From positions 639 through 64,638 of the forward strand of contig JAGWRA010000232.1 in the NCBI GenBank assembly GCA_028876655.1: a stretch of DNA of 64,000 nucleotides. Direction: 5' to 3'. Made by a program: the position numbers and the translations under genes. Under the pieces are notes generated by a model. The model did not search any database. It saw only the letters and a list, made by a program, of their open reading frames with translations, and was not told the DNA's origin. This DNA is from Acidobacteriota bacterium (GTDB lineage Bacteria > Acidobacteriota > Vicinamibacteria > Vicinamibacterales > CAVVIG01). The stretch's first letter is position 1; every line of letters begins with the position of its first letter. Positions 46,377-55,801 of the stretch are shown piece after piece.

Positions 46377-47333
46377 CTACCTGCCGAACAGCAGCCCGCC
46401 GACATCCGCGGCGGTCACCGGCCGTGGCTCGTTCTGAAGGCCGACCAACGCGGCCGCCAGCCCGATCACCTCGGCGGCCGTCCGGCCGGACGCACGCAGA
46501 TCGCGCACGCCCGTGCCTCCATCCGACTTGCTCAGCTTCTGCGTCGCGCTCTTCATGATGAGGGGATGGTGGAGGAACGCCGCCGGCTGCTTCCGCCCGA
46601 GCAGCCGCGCCAGCTGGATCTGCCGCCCCGTCGACGACGCCAGGAGGTCCTCGCCGCGGATGACGAGCGTGACGCCCTGGTCGAGGTCGTCGACGGCCGC
46701 CGCGAACTGGTACGTCCAGCACCCGAGTCGATCGCGCACGAGCAGGTCGCCGCATTGTTCGAACGGCCGCTGCTCCTGCGGGCCCAGCCGCAGATCGTCG
46801 AACCGCTCGACCGACGGCGCCAGACGGACGCGCAGGCCGAGGCCGGGTCCCTCCGCCAGGCCACGGTCCGCGCACGTGCCCGGATAGCGCAGCTCGCCGC
46901 CCGCGCCGCCGCCAGCCGCGGTGATGCCGGCGCGCGAACAGGCGCAGGCGTACACCAGCCCCTGCCTCCGCAGCCGATCCAGCGCCGCCTCGTAGATGGC
47001 CGTGCGGTCGCTCTGGCGCCCGGCGGCGCACGGGCCCGCGCGGAGCGCCGCGATGGGCGGTTCGTCGGGCAGGAAGCCGAGCCACTCGAGATCGTCGAGG
47101 ATGGCGGCCTCGAAGGCGGGCCGGCTGCGGTCGCGATCGTGATCCTCGATGCGCAGGCGGACACGGCCGCCCGCGGCGCGGGTCACCCCCCAGACGTACA
47201 GCGCGTTGACGACGTGACCGAGGTGCAGGAGGCCGGTGGGGGCGGGAGCGAAGCGGCTGACCGGGGGATCGGGAAGCGCGCGGTCGAGCGCCGCTCGATC
47301 GAGCGGCGCCGGCCTGGCCGATGAGCTCAGCAC
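46377..47333 (-). CDS. gluQ: Glutamyl-Q tRNA(Asp) synthetase
   Basis: Truncated GluRS-like protein with HIGH motif (LLHLGHVVNAL) and KLSKS (QKLSKSDGG). ~318 aa with no anticodon-binding domain. Confidence 0.9.
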   Translation of the reverse strand: MLSSSARPAPLDRAALDRALPDPPVSRFAPAPTGLLHLGHVVNALYVWGVTRAAGGRVRLRIEDHDRDRSRPAFEAAILDDLEWLGFLPDEPPIAALRAGPCAAGRQSDRTAIYEAALDRLRRQGLVYACACSRAGITAAGGGAGGELRYPGTCADRGLAEGPGLGLRVRLAPSVERFDDLRLGPQEQRPFEQCGDLLVRDRLGCWTYQFAAAVDDLDQGVTLVIRGEDLLASSTGRQIQLARLLGRKQPAAFLHHPLIMKSATQKLSKSDGGTGVRDLRASGRTAAEVIGLAAALVGLQNEPRPVTAADVGGLLFGR

Positions 47334-47364
47334 GCGGACGGCTCGAGCGCGCCGGACGGCGGGA

Positions 47365-48747
47365 TCAGACGAACGCCCTGATCACGTCCGAGCGCGTGAT
47401 GATGAACGTCTTGTCCAGCTTGAAGTCGCGAACCAGCACCGCCGGCGTCTGCGGCGTGATCATCGTCGACAGCAGCTCCACCGGCGTCGTGATGTCGACG
47501 AACGGGAAGGCCGGCAGCATGATCGACGAGACGGGCTGGTGCCGGACCTCGGGGTTCCGCAGCAGCTCGTCGTAGAGGTGCGTCTCGTTCAGCGAGCCGA
47601 CGAGCCGCTTGTCGCGCGTGATCGAGACCTGCGAGAAGTCGTGCCGGGCCATCAGCCTGATGGCCTTCTCGACCGTCTCGTCGGCCTCGACCGAGAGCAG
47701 CTCGCCCGACAGCCCCGACGCGACCATGTCGCGCGCGGTCAGCCCGGAGACGTCGAGGAACCCCTTCTCGCGCATCCACTCGTCGTTGAACATCTTCGCC
47801 ATGTAGCGCGACCCGTGGTCGTGGAAGATGACGACGATGAGATCGTCGGCGGTGAAGCGGTCCTTCAGTTGCAGCAGCCCGGCGATCGCGGCGCCGGCGG
47901 AGTTGCCGCCGAAGATCCCCTCTTCGCGGGCGATCCGGCGGGTCATCACCGCAGCGTCCTTGTCGGTGACCTTCTCGAAGCCGTCGATGACGTCGAAGTC
48001 GACGTTCTGCGGCAGGAAGTCCTCGCCGATCCCCTCGGTGATGTACGGGTAGATCTCGTTCTTGTCGAAGACGCCGGTCTCCTTGTACTTCTTGAACACC
48101 GAGCCGTACGTGTCGATGCCCCAGACCTTGATCTTCGGGTTCCGCTCCTTCAGGTAGCGCCCCGTGCCGCTGGCGGTCCCGCCGGTGCCGACGCCGACCA
48201 CCAGGTGGGTGATCCGGCCGTCGGTCTGCTCCCAGATTTCCGGCCCGGTCTGCTCGTAGTGGGCCTGCGCGTTCGAGAGGTTGTCGTACTGGTTCGCCTT
48301 CCAGGAGTTCGGGACCTCGTTCACCAGGCGCGACGACACCGAGTAGTACGACCGCGGGTCCTCTGGATCTACGTTCGTCGGGCAGACGATCACCTCGGCG
48401 CCGAACGCCCTCAGCGCATCGACCTTCTCCTTCGACTGCTTGTCGGTCGTCGTGAAGATGCACTTGTAGCCCTTCACCACGGCCGCAATCGCCAGCCCCA
48501 TGCCGGTGTTGCCCGACGTGCCTTCGATGATCGTCCCGCCCGGCTTCAGCAGCCCCGCCCGTTCGGCGTCCTCGATCATCTTCAGGGCCATCCGGTCCTT
48601 GATCGAGTTGCCGGGATTGAAGGTCTCGAGCTTCACCAGCACGGTCCCCTTGACGATCCCGGCCGGGATCCGGTTGAGGCGGACCATCGGCGTGTGGCCG
48701 ATCGCCTCGAGGATGTTGTCGCAGATCTTCTTCTTCGGGTGCGTCAC
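47365..48747 (-). CDS. Cystathionine beta-synthase-type PLP enzyme (CysK/CysM fold plus C-terminal CBS-domain pair)
   Basis: PLP-Lys motif NPGNSIKDR, GTSGNTG loop, C-terminal tandem CBS domains. GTG 48747 (GGAG upstream) preferred; ATG 48861 is possible. Confidence 0.88.
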   Translation of the reverse strand: MTHPKKKICDNILEAIGHTPMVRLNRIPAGIVKGTVLVKLETFNPGNSIKDRMALKMIEDAERAGLLKPGGTIIEGTSGNTGMGLAIAAVVKGYKCIFTTTDKQSKEKVDALRAFGAEVIVCPTNVDPEDPRSYYSVSSRLVNEVPNSWKANQYDNLSNAQAHYEQTGPEIWEQTDGRITHLVVGVGTGGTASGTGRYLKERNPKIKVWGIDTYGSVFKKYKETGVFDKNEIYPYITEGIGEDFLPQNVDFDVIDGFEKVTDKDAAVMTRRIAREEGIFGGNSAGAAIAGLLQLKDRFTADDLIVVIFHDHGSRYMAKMFNDEWMREKGFLDVSGLTARDMVASGLSGELLSVEADETVEKAIRLMARHDFSQVSITRDKRLVGSLNETHLYDELLRNPEVRHQPVSSIMLPAFPFVDITTPVELLSTMITPQTPAVLVRDFKLDKTFIITRSDVIRAFV

Positions 48748-48925
48748 GGGTTCTCGATCTCCGTCCACGGAATCCGGATTGGGAGCCTTCGGGGCGGGCC
48801 GCCGCCTGACGAGCTTGCTTGATGCACTGTACCGCACCGTCCCGGCGCGGACAACCGGCAACGCGGCCGCGGCGGCAGCGGCACCGGCCGTTCCGCATCC
48901 CGGAAGCGACGCGCGCGCCGGCCCG

Positions 48926-49627
48926 TCAGCGCTTCGCGAGCTGCGACAGGAGCTCGAGCTGGATCTGCTGGATCTCCACCAGGCGCTCCCACTGGTGCGA
49001 CAGCAGGTGATCCACCTTCTCGTGCAGGTGCCGGATCTCGAGCTCGGCCTTCAGGTTCACCTGGTAGTCGTGCTGCGAGCGCAGCCGGTCCTTCGCCTCC
49101 TGCCGGTTCTGGCTCATCATGATGACCGGCGCCTGGATCGCGGCCAGGCACGACAGCACGAGGTTCAGCAGGATGAACGGGTAGGGGTCGGGCGGCCGCC
49201 AGTAGAGCACGAGCGAGTTCATCACGAGCCAGAGGACCAGGAAGACGCCAAAGCAGATGAGGAACGTCCAGCTGCCGCCGAAGGTCGCCATCCGGTCGGC
49301 CACCTTCTCGCCGAACGACCAGGCCTGCTCGAACTCCGCGTCCACGTTGGTCGCGAGGACCTCGTGCTGCCGCAGGCTCTCGATGACCTCCTGCTCGAGC
49401 GACGTCAGCTCGCCCCGTTCCGACGCGAGCAGCGACTCGACGTACTGCGCACGATATCGCGAGAGGTCCAGCCCGCAGATGAACGAGGTGGCCGACCAGG
49501 CGGGATGGTCGTGCTGAATCAGATCCGTGAGACTGTTGCGGACCGCCGCTGCGGGAATCGCCTCGCGGGCGCTCAGCTTCTTCCCGCACACTGCGCAGGT
49601 CCGCTCGACGCCGGGGGTGGTGGTCAT
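48926..49627 (-). CDS. DUF1003-family membrane protein
   Basis: FGGSW.F plus PYPFILLNLVLS...QAPVIMMSQNRQ are hallmarks. C-terminal coiled coil. Confidence 0.85.
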   Translation of the reverse strand: MTTTPGVERTCAVCGKKLSAREAIPAAAVRNSLTDLIQHDHPAWSATSFICGLDLSRYRAQYVESLLASERGELTSLEQEVIESLRQHEVLATNVDAEFEQAWSFGEKVADRMATFGGSWTFLICFGVFLVLWLVMNSLVLYWRPPDPYPFILLNLVLSCLAAIQAPVIMMSQNRQEAKDRLRSQHDYQVNLKAELEIRHLHEKVDHLLSHQWERLVEIQQIQLELLSQLAKR

Positions 49628-49993
49628 GGGCGCTTCAGTCGCTGTCGCGTGGGCAGTGGGCCCGGGCGCCTATTATGCCGCAGCGGGGCCGGTGCGATCC
49701 GGGGAACCGCCGGTGGCGGCGCGAGAGCGGCGGCTGGATCTCGACATTTTTGTCTGTCCGAGTTAGACTCCGACTCGCAATTCCCGATTTCTTCGGAACC
49801 GAAACGTTCGTCCGTAGCCCGGCCCAAGCTCCACTCCGCCTGCGGCACCGCCTGCAGATTCCGCGGATCGTCCCCACCGAGCTGCGACGCCGGGTCGTGC
49901 ACCATCCAGTCCGTACGACCGCACTCCCCTGGAGCGAGTGTGGCCCGAGGTTCGTCTCGGAATCGCATCACCGCTCGAACAAGGGGGGCCCCG

Positions 49994-50950
49994 ATGAAGG
50001 TGGCGATTTTCGGCGCGGTCGGCACGATCGGCCGGTCGGTGACGGCGGCCCTGCTGGCTCGGGGTGACACCGTGCGCGCGGTCGGGCGGACCGAGGCCAC
50101 GCTGCGCGAGGCTTTCGGGGGGGCGAGCGGCGTGGAAATCCAGGCGGCCGACGTCGCGACCGCCGAAGGCTGCGCCCGCGCGGCCGCTGGCGTCGATGCC
50201 ATCGTGTACGCCGTCGGCCTGCCATACACGAAGACGGCGTTCGGCAACTACCCGTCGATGATGCACTTGGCGGTGACGGCGGCCCGCGGCGCCCGCGTGC
50301 ACCGGCTGCTCCACGTCTCCAACGTGTACCCCTACGGCGAGCCCCGCACTCCGCGCGTGCGCGAGGATCATCCGCGCCACCCGCAGGCGGTGAAGGGACA
50401 GCGCCGCAAGGAGCAGGAAGACGTCGCCCTGGCGGGGCACGGCGCCAACGGCCTGGAGACGCTCGTGCTTCGGCTGCCCGACTTCTACGGGCCGTTCGCC
50501 GATCGCAGCCTCGGCAACACGATCCTGTCGGCGGTGGCGCGCGGCGGGCGGGCGACGATGCTCGGCCCGATCGACACGCCGCACGAGTTCATGTTCACGC
50601 CCGATGTGGGTCCGATGGTGGCGGCGCTGCTGTCGCATCCCTCCGGCTGGGGCGAGGCCTACAACTTCGGTGGCGCCGGCATCCTCACGCAGCGGGAGTT
50701 CGCGATGCGCGCGTTCGCCATCGCCGGCCGCCCGCCCCGCCTGCGCGTCGCCAGCCCCGGGATGGTCCGTCTGATGGGCTGGGTCTCGCCGATGATGCGC
50801 GAACTGGTGGAGATGAGCTACCTGCAGACCCACCCGGTGCTGCTCGACGACAGCAAGCTGCACGCGCTGCTGGGCACGGTGCCGAAGACGCCCTACGAGG
50901 ACGGCATCCGTCGCACGATCGATCACCTGCGCGTCCGCCGGACGTCCTGA
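49994..50950 (+). CDS. NAD-dependent epimerase/dehydratase family (SDR, atypical) protein
   Basis: MKVAIFGAVGTIGRSV Rossmann motif. ATG 49994 preceded by AAGGGGGG. Confidence 0.85.
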   Translation: MKVAIFGAVGTIGRSVTAALLARGDTVRAVGRTEATLREAFGGASGVEIQAADVATAEGCARAAAGVDAIVYAVGLPYTKTAFGNYPSMMHLAVTAARGARVHRLLHVSNVYPYGEPRTPRVREDHPRHPQAVKGQRRKEQEDVALAGHGANGLETLVLRLPDFYGPFADRSLGNTILSAVARGGRATMLGPIDTPHEFMFTPDVGPMVAALLSHPSGWGEAYNFGGAGILTQREFAMRAFAIAGRPPRLRVASPGMVRLMGWVSPMMRELVEMSYLQTHPVLLDDSKLHALLGTVPKTPYEDGIRRTIDHLRVRRTS

Positions 50951-50978
50951 CGCGCGCGGCCGTCCTTCCGATCCGCCC

Positions 50979-51479
50979 CTACTTCAGCGACAGATACCGG
51001 GCCAGCGTCCGGTCGCCCACCATGATCGCGACCCGATCGAACCGGTCGAACTGCCGGACGAGGCGCGTCAGCTGCTCGCCGACGCGCGGGCCGTCGCACA
51101 TGCCGCCCATCGAGAACGGCTCGAGTACGACGGTGGCCTGCCGGCCGTCGATCCTCACCGACCTGAGGACGATTCCGAGCTGCGCGACCCGGTTCGTGTA
51201 ACCCTCCGGCGGCGCCGCCGTAAGTTGTGCGCGAACGGCGGTCTCGAGGTCCGATCCCGAGAGCGCCGCCGTGCGTCGGTGCCCGACGATCACGTCGCCG
51301 CAGCCGATCGTCTCGCCGTGCGCCGCCGGGCCGGGACTCATCGCCACGAAGTACAGCGTGAAGGCGACCTCGCGGGGGCGCGCGGCCTGCGCCGGTGCAC
51401 CAGCCCGGACTGCCGTCCCCCCCAGGGCGATCGCCAGCACGAGCCCCACGGCCATCCGCCGGACGTCCGTTGCCATCAT
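50979..51479 (-). CDS. Secreted GerMN-like domain protein
   Basis: Signal MMATDVRRMAVGLVLAIALGGTAVRAGA. FTLYFV...LRSVRIDGRQATVVLEP...VAIMVGD resembles GerMN domains (moderate). Confidence 0.55.
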   Translation of the reverse strand: MMATDVRRMAVGLVLAIALGGTAVRAGAPAQAARPREVAFTLYFVAMSPGPAAHGETIGCGDVIVGHRRTAALSGSDLETAVRAQLTAAPPEGYTNRVAQLGIVLRSVRIDGRQATVVLEPFSMGGMCDGPRVGEQLTRLVRQFDRFDRVAIMVGDRTLARYLSLK

Positions 51480-51547
51480 GTCGCTGCCGGCCCTCCCTGA
51501 CTGCTCAGACCGCCCCGCACGCCCCGGGGTTTGCTCGCGAGCGGGGC

Positions 51548-51934
51548 TCAGTGCCGATGGGCGCCCGCCAGGCCGAAGCGGCTGACGGTGTCCTTCTCGA
51601 AGTCGAACTCGATGAGGACGGCCGGCTCCGAGCCGACCACCGAACCGACATGACCCGGCTCGAGGACCACGGCCTGCGGGGCGGTGAGGTCGAGCGTGCA
51701 CCCGTCGGGATAGCGGATCTGAATCCGCCCGCGCGCGAGGAAGCCGACGTGCGCGTGCATGCACAGCTCGGTGCCGACCACGCCCTTCATATGGCTCTGC
51801 CACTGGAAGCCGGCCGGGTAAATCGTCCGCTTCACGCGGCCGTCGCCGGCGCGCACGACGTCGTGCTGGACGCCGCCGACCTCGCGGTGGTCGGCACCGG
51901 GCATCGGGGCGAGCAGGGGATCGTTGACGCTCAT
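51548..51934 (-). CDS. Cupin-domain protein
   Basis: 128 aa. CMHAHVGFLARGRIQIRYPDG...LEPGHV pattern. ATG 51934 preceded by AGGAGGAG. Confidence 0.7.
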   Translation of the reverse strand: MSVNDPLLAPMPGADHREVGGVQHDVVRAGDGRVKRTIYPAGFQWQSHMKGVVGTELCMHAHVGFLARGRIQIRYPDGCTLDLTAPQAVVLEPGHVGSVVGSEPAVLIEFDFEKDTVSRFGLAGAHRH

Positions 51935-52063
51935 ACGGGACTCCTCCTGGATTGAGGTCGGGCGGGCCCGACACGGGGCGGGCGGCATGCTAGCACAGCG
52001 CGGCCCCCCACGGTCGAGCTGCATGTCGCCGCCGGCGCCGGTGCACTATGATGGTGGCGGGCA

Positions 52064-52852
52064 ATGCCGGAAGCCGGTTCTCGCCGCGTCGGGTCATTCG
52101 TCAGGCTGGTGCACTACTGGTGGCCCGTCGCGCTGGGCTGGTCCATCGCGCTCGTGTGGAACCAGGTCAGCGAGCGCCCCGTCTCGCACGCGGGTCTCGC
52201 CGTGCTGCTCTGGGGCATCCTCGGCGCCTACAGTCTCGACCGGCTCCTCGACGGCTCCCCGCCGGCCGATCCCCGCTGGCTCCGCTGCCTGCTCGTCGGC
52301 GCCTTCACGGTCTCGGCGTCGGTTTCGCTGGTGTACCTGACCCGCCTGCCCGCCGGCACCGTGGCGATGATTCCGCTGCTGGCGGCCATCGGCTTCTTCT
52401 ACCGCCGGCTGAAACGGTATCCCCTCACCAAGACCGTCCTCGTACCGGCCGTCTGGGTCTGGGCCGGCCTCGCGCTGCCGGCCGCGGACGGATCGTGGTT
52501 CGGCTGGCGCGCGCTGCGGCTGCCGGTCGCGGCTCCGCTGATGGCGCTGTTCGCCGCCGGCTGCCTGCTGTGCGACGTCAAGGACGCCGAGGCCGATCGC
52601 CGCGCGGGGGTCAGGAGCCTGCCGGCGGTCTTCGGCATCCCGGCGACGATTGCCGTGGCCACCGCCCTCGCCGTGGCCGGCGCCCTGATGGCCTGGCTGC
52701 AGCAGCGGACCGGGCTGCTGGTCACCGGCCTGGCGCTCGTCGGCCTGGGCCAGTGGACCACCATCCTGATGGCCGGACCGGCGGGTGCGCTGGTCGTCGA
52801 TCTCGCGCTGACGATCCCGGGCGTGCTGATCGTCGCGCATCTGGTACGGTAG
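52064..52852 (+). CDS. UbiA-family prenyltransferase
   Basis: Polytopic membrane protein with Asp-rich motif CDVKDAEADRRAG. Confidence 0.7.
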   Translation: MPEAGSRRVGSFVRLVHYWWPVALGWSIALVWNQVSERPVSHAGLAVLLWGILGAYSLDRLLDGSPPADPRWLRCLLVGAFTVSASVSLVYLTRLPAGTVAMIPLLAAIGFFYRRLKRYPLTKTVLVPAVWVWAGLALPAADGSWFGWRALRLPVAAPLMALFAAGCLLCDVKDAEADRRAGVRSLPAVFGIPATIAVATALAVAGALMAWLQQRTGLLVTGLALVGLGQWTTILMAGPAGALVVDLALTIPGVLIVAHLVR

Positions 52853-52875
52853 ATCGCGCGCGGTAAGCGGCCTCT

Positions 52876-53751
52876 TCAGCGCTGAGACGGCGGCCGCCGG
52901 TTCAGCGGGGGCGGCGGCGGACCGGAGGGCGGTTCGAACGACGCGTCGAGACCGCCAGCCGCGATCCAGTCGTCAACGAGCCCCGGCGCCAGCCCGATTT
53001 CCTCGATCAGGCTGGCGCGCATCCGGGCGCGCGACAGGTCGCGCGTCTCCACACCCGCGGCGGTCTTCTCGAGCCGCCGGTTCCCGAAGAGGACCACCAG
53101 TGCGCCCGGCCGGTTGCGCCGGGCGTAGAGCCGCTGATTGAACGGGCTGCGCTCGCGCGACGCCTCGTACCGCTCGAGGCACGTCGCGCGGTCGGACGGA
53201 TCGACGAGCAGCCGGCATGCGAGGTATCCCTCGTTGGGCGGCACGTCGGCCCAGATCACGTGGGTGCCGTTCTCCGGCTCCACCTCCGCCGCCAAGACCG
53301 CATCGGGACTGACGAAGACTTCCGTGCCCAGCGGGAGCGGGATCCCGGTGAGCAGTGACGAGTCGACCAGCCAGTGCTGCCCGTCGAACGCGACCGCCAC
53401 CGTGCCGTGGTTGAGGACGCCGGCATCGCGCATCGACGCCGCCACCGGGCGCGCGGCGAAGCCCAGCGAGAGGAGCAGCTCACAGAGCGCGTGGCTGGTG
53501 GCCCAGCAGGTGCCGCCGGCTCCGTACTCCAGCCAGCCCGTGAAGAAATCGCTCGCGTCGCGCCCCGGCAGCGGCCGGGCCGGGCCGCTGCGCAGGGCGA
53601 TCATCTTCCGGACGTTGTCGAACGGGACGCCAGCACACCACGCCGCGTACACCGCGCGCAGCCCCTCGAGGCCGGCCGGCGGTGGCGCCGGCAGCCCGAG
53701 CCGGGCCAGCACGCGGTCGCGCAGCGCAGGAGTCAGGGAATCAATACCCAT
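52876..53751 (-). CDS. Arylamine N-acetyltransferase (NAT family)
   Basis: Catalytic Cys context GAGGTCWATSHAL and FDNVRK near the N-terminus. The start codon lies inside repeat H7. Confidence 0.88.
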   Translation of the reverse strand: MGIDSLTPALRDRVLARLGLPAPPPAGLEGLRAVYAAWCAGVPFDNVRKMIALRSGPARPLPGRDASDFFTGWLEYGAGGTCWATSHALCELLLSLGFAARPVAASMRDAGVLNHGTVAVAFDGQHWLVDSSLLTGIPLPLGTEVFVSPDAVLAAEVEPENGTHVIWADVPPNEGYLACRLLVDPSDRATCLERYEASRERSPFNQRLYARRNRPGALVVLFGNRRLEKTAAGVETRDLSRARMRASLIEEIGLAPGLVDDWIAAGGLDASFEPPSGPPPPPLNRRPPSQR

Positions 53752-53810
53752 TGCTCATTGCTCATTGCCCGTTGCTCGTTGCTCATCGCCCGTTGCCCGT
53801 TGCTCGTTGC
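53747..53810. repeat. Tandem heptamer array H7 (9 units, CATTGCT/CGTTGCT type)
   Basis: CATTGCT CATTGCT CATTGCC CGTTGCT CGTTGCT CATCGCC CGTTGCC CGTTGCT CGTTGC, between the O-methyltransferase and NAT genes. Confidence 0.85.
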
Positions 53811-53839
53811 GAGACCGCGCGTTCTCGCGGGAGCCTCGT

Positions 53840-54871
53840 CTATTTGATCCCCACCACCATCGAGTCGGGCCCGACGAGATGTTCGACCCGGGTCTCCTTG
53901 AAGCCGGCCTCCTCCATCCAGCCGGTGCAGTCGGCGCCGGTGTAATCGAAACCGCCTGGCGTCTCGACCAGCATGTTGAGGCTCATGAGCAGGCCAAACG
54001 CATTCGCCCGCCGGTCGTCGTCGATGACCGTCTCGTAGACGATGAAGGCGCCGCCGTCGGGCAGGGCCTCCCAGGCCTTCTTCACGAGCATCCGCTTCTG
54101 CTCGAGGTTCCAGTCGTGGAGGATGTGCCCCATCATCACGACGTCGGCCTTCGGCAGCGGCTCGGTGAAGAAGTCGCCGGGCTGGAACGTGAGGCGGTGC
54201 GCGAGGCCGAGCTGTTCGGCGTACTCCTCGAAGATCGGCTGGACCTCCGCGAGATCGAACCCGATGCCCGTCAGGTGCGGGTTGGCCTGAACGACCTGCG
54301 CGACCAGGTCGCCCTGCGCGGTGCCGACATCGACGCAGCTCCGGTACTTCGCCCACGGGAACTGGCGGGCGATGGCCATGTTCGCGCCGTGGCTGATGCC
54401 GGTCATCGCCTTCAGGAACTGTTTCAGGCGCGCCGGATCCGCATAGAGCGCCTCGAAGAGCGGTTCGTCGCCCGTCTTCGCCTCGTTCTGCGGACGCCCC
54501 GTGCGCAGCGCCTCGGTCAGGTCGCCCCAGAAGCGGTACAGCCGGTGGTTCCCCATCTCGAGGATGCCGCCGACGTACGACGGCTTGTGCTTGTCGAGGA
54601 AGAGCTCCGTCGCCGGCGTGTTGGCGTAGACGCCGTCGGTGCGCTGGAGGAAGCCGAGCGCCACGAGCGTGTCGAGGAAGTCGTGCGCCGCCCGCGCGTG
54701 CAGGCCGAGCCGGCCGCGCAGGTTCTCGAGCGTGCCGGGGCGCCGCGCCAGCTCGGTGAACACTTCCATCTCGACGGCGCTCAACAGCACCTTCGAGGCC
54801 ATGAAGCCCATCCCGATCTGCATGATGTGTTCGGGAGTCACGTTGCCTGCCTGCGCCGCCGGATCTGACAT
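53840..54871 (-). CDS. Class I O-methyltransferase (Methyltransf_2 with N-terminal dimerisation domain; ASMT/CrtF/polyketide-OMT-like)
   Basis: Winged-helix dimerisation region ([14 protein letters not shown]), SAM motif VDVGTAQGD, and HILHDW. ATG 54871 preceded by GGAGGA. Confidence 0.88.
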   Translation of the reverse strand: MSDPAAQAGNVTPEHIMQIGMGFMASKVLLSAVEMEVFTELARRPGTLENLRGRLGLHARAAHDFLDTLVALGFLQRTDGVYANTPATELFLDKHKPSYVGGILEMGNHRLYRFWGDLTEALRTGRPQNEAKTGDEPLFEALYADPARLKQFLKAMTGISHGANMAIARQFPWAKYRSCVDVGTAQGDLVAQVVQANPHLTGIGFDLAEVQPIFEEYAEQLGLAHRLTFQPGDFFTEPLPKADVVMMGHILHDWNLEQKRMLVKKAWEALPDGGAFIVYETVIDDDRRANAFGLLMSLNMLVETPGGFDYTGADCTGWMEEAGFKETRVEHLVGPDSMVVGIK

Positions 54872-55077
54872 CTCGGTCCTCCTCTTCTCGCGTTCCGGAT
54901 TCCCGTACAACGGGGTGGGCCGACATCATGACCGATGGCAGGCGGCGGCTTCAACGGCATTCACCGTCGGGGATGGCGTGGCGTCCGTCAGCGGGGTGTG
55001 GAAGCGGATGGCGGCGGGAGGAGCGGCCGCTGCCGGGAGCCGGCCCCGATGGAGCCAGCCCCGGCCATCCGCCGATG

Positions 55078-55596
55078 CTAGGCGGCTTCGGCGTGAGGAG
55101 GCACGCCCCGGTGCTGGTAGCAGTAGCCCTGGTTCTTCGTGTGCCGCTCGCACGGTCCCTCTTTCGAGCTGCAGGGGGCACCGCACGCGTGCGCGACCAG
55201 AATCGGGTGCGGTGTCGGCGCGTTGCCCTGATCGCCAGGGGCTTCGTCCTCCGGCGCAGGGGCAGGCGGCACTGCGGGCGTTGCCGGCTGCGTGCCGGGC
55301 GCCGGCTGCTGGGCGGCCAGCGGTGTGACGCGAATCTGGACGGACACCTCCTGAGTGAACAGGCCCGGCGCGTTTCCTCGTGCCCCGCCCCAGGAATACT
55401 GGTCGGTTGGCCCGCACTGCACGAAGTGACCTATTGGCTCGTCGCCGAGACCGAGCTTCACCATTCCGCGCCGGTTGGTCCGAAGCGGATTGGGACTGCC
55501 CGACGAACACCCCTCGGCGCACGGTCCAACATGGCTTACGAGGATGCCGCGCACCGGCTGCCCCTGATCGTCAACGACCGTGACTTTGTACAACAT
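55078..55596 (-). CDS. Hypothetical protein: beta-sandwich-like N-domain, Pro-rich linker, Cys/His-rich C-terminal knuckle
   Basis: ATG 55596 preceded by GGGAGG. The C-terminus HACGAPCSSKEGPCERHTKNQGYCYQH has 4 Cys and 3 His in 27 aa. Confidence 0.6.
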   Translation of the reverse strand: MLYKVTVVDDQGQPVRGILVSHVGPCAEGCSSGSPNPLRTNRRGMVKLGLGDEPIGHFVQCGPTDQYSWGGARGNAPGLFTQEVSVQIRVTPLAAQQPAPGTQPATPAVPPAPAPEDEAPGDQGNAPTPHPILVAHACGAPCSSKEGPCERHTKNQGYCYQHRGVPPHAEAA

Positions 55597-55801
55597 CGCG
55601 TGCCTCCCTCCCGCCCGTCGCGGATCGGAGCACGGGCCATGCCACCGCTGGCGCCGCTGTATCAGGGCAGATTGGGCGCGCCTCCCTTGAGCGGAGGAAG
55701 GGGATTACGAAAATGTCGCGGATGGTGGGGAGGACCGGAACACCGACAGCGACAGGATTTGCACCTATGCCGGACGTGGGACGTCGGACGTGAGGAGCGG
55801 T

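Noticed and set aside
53747-53810. Whether the repeat arrays could be CRISPR arrays.
   Set aside because: The units are only 7 nt, are directly tandem with no spacers, and no cas genes are present. They are microsatellite-like heptamer arrays.
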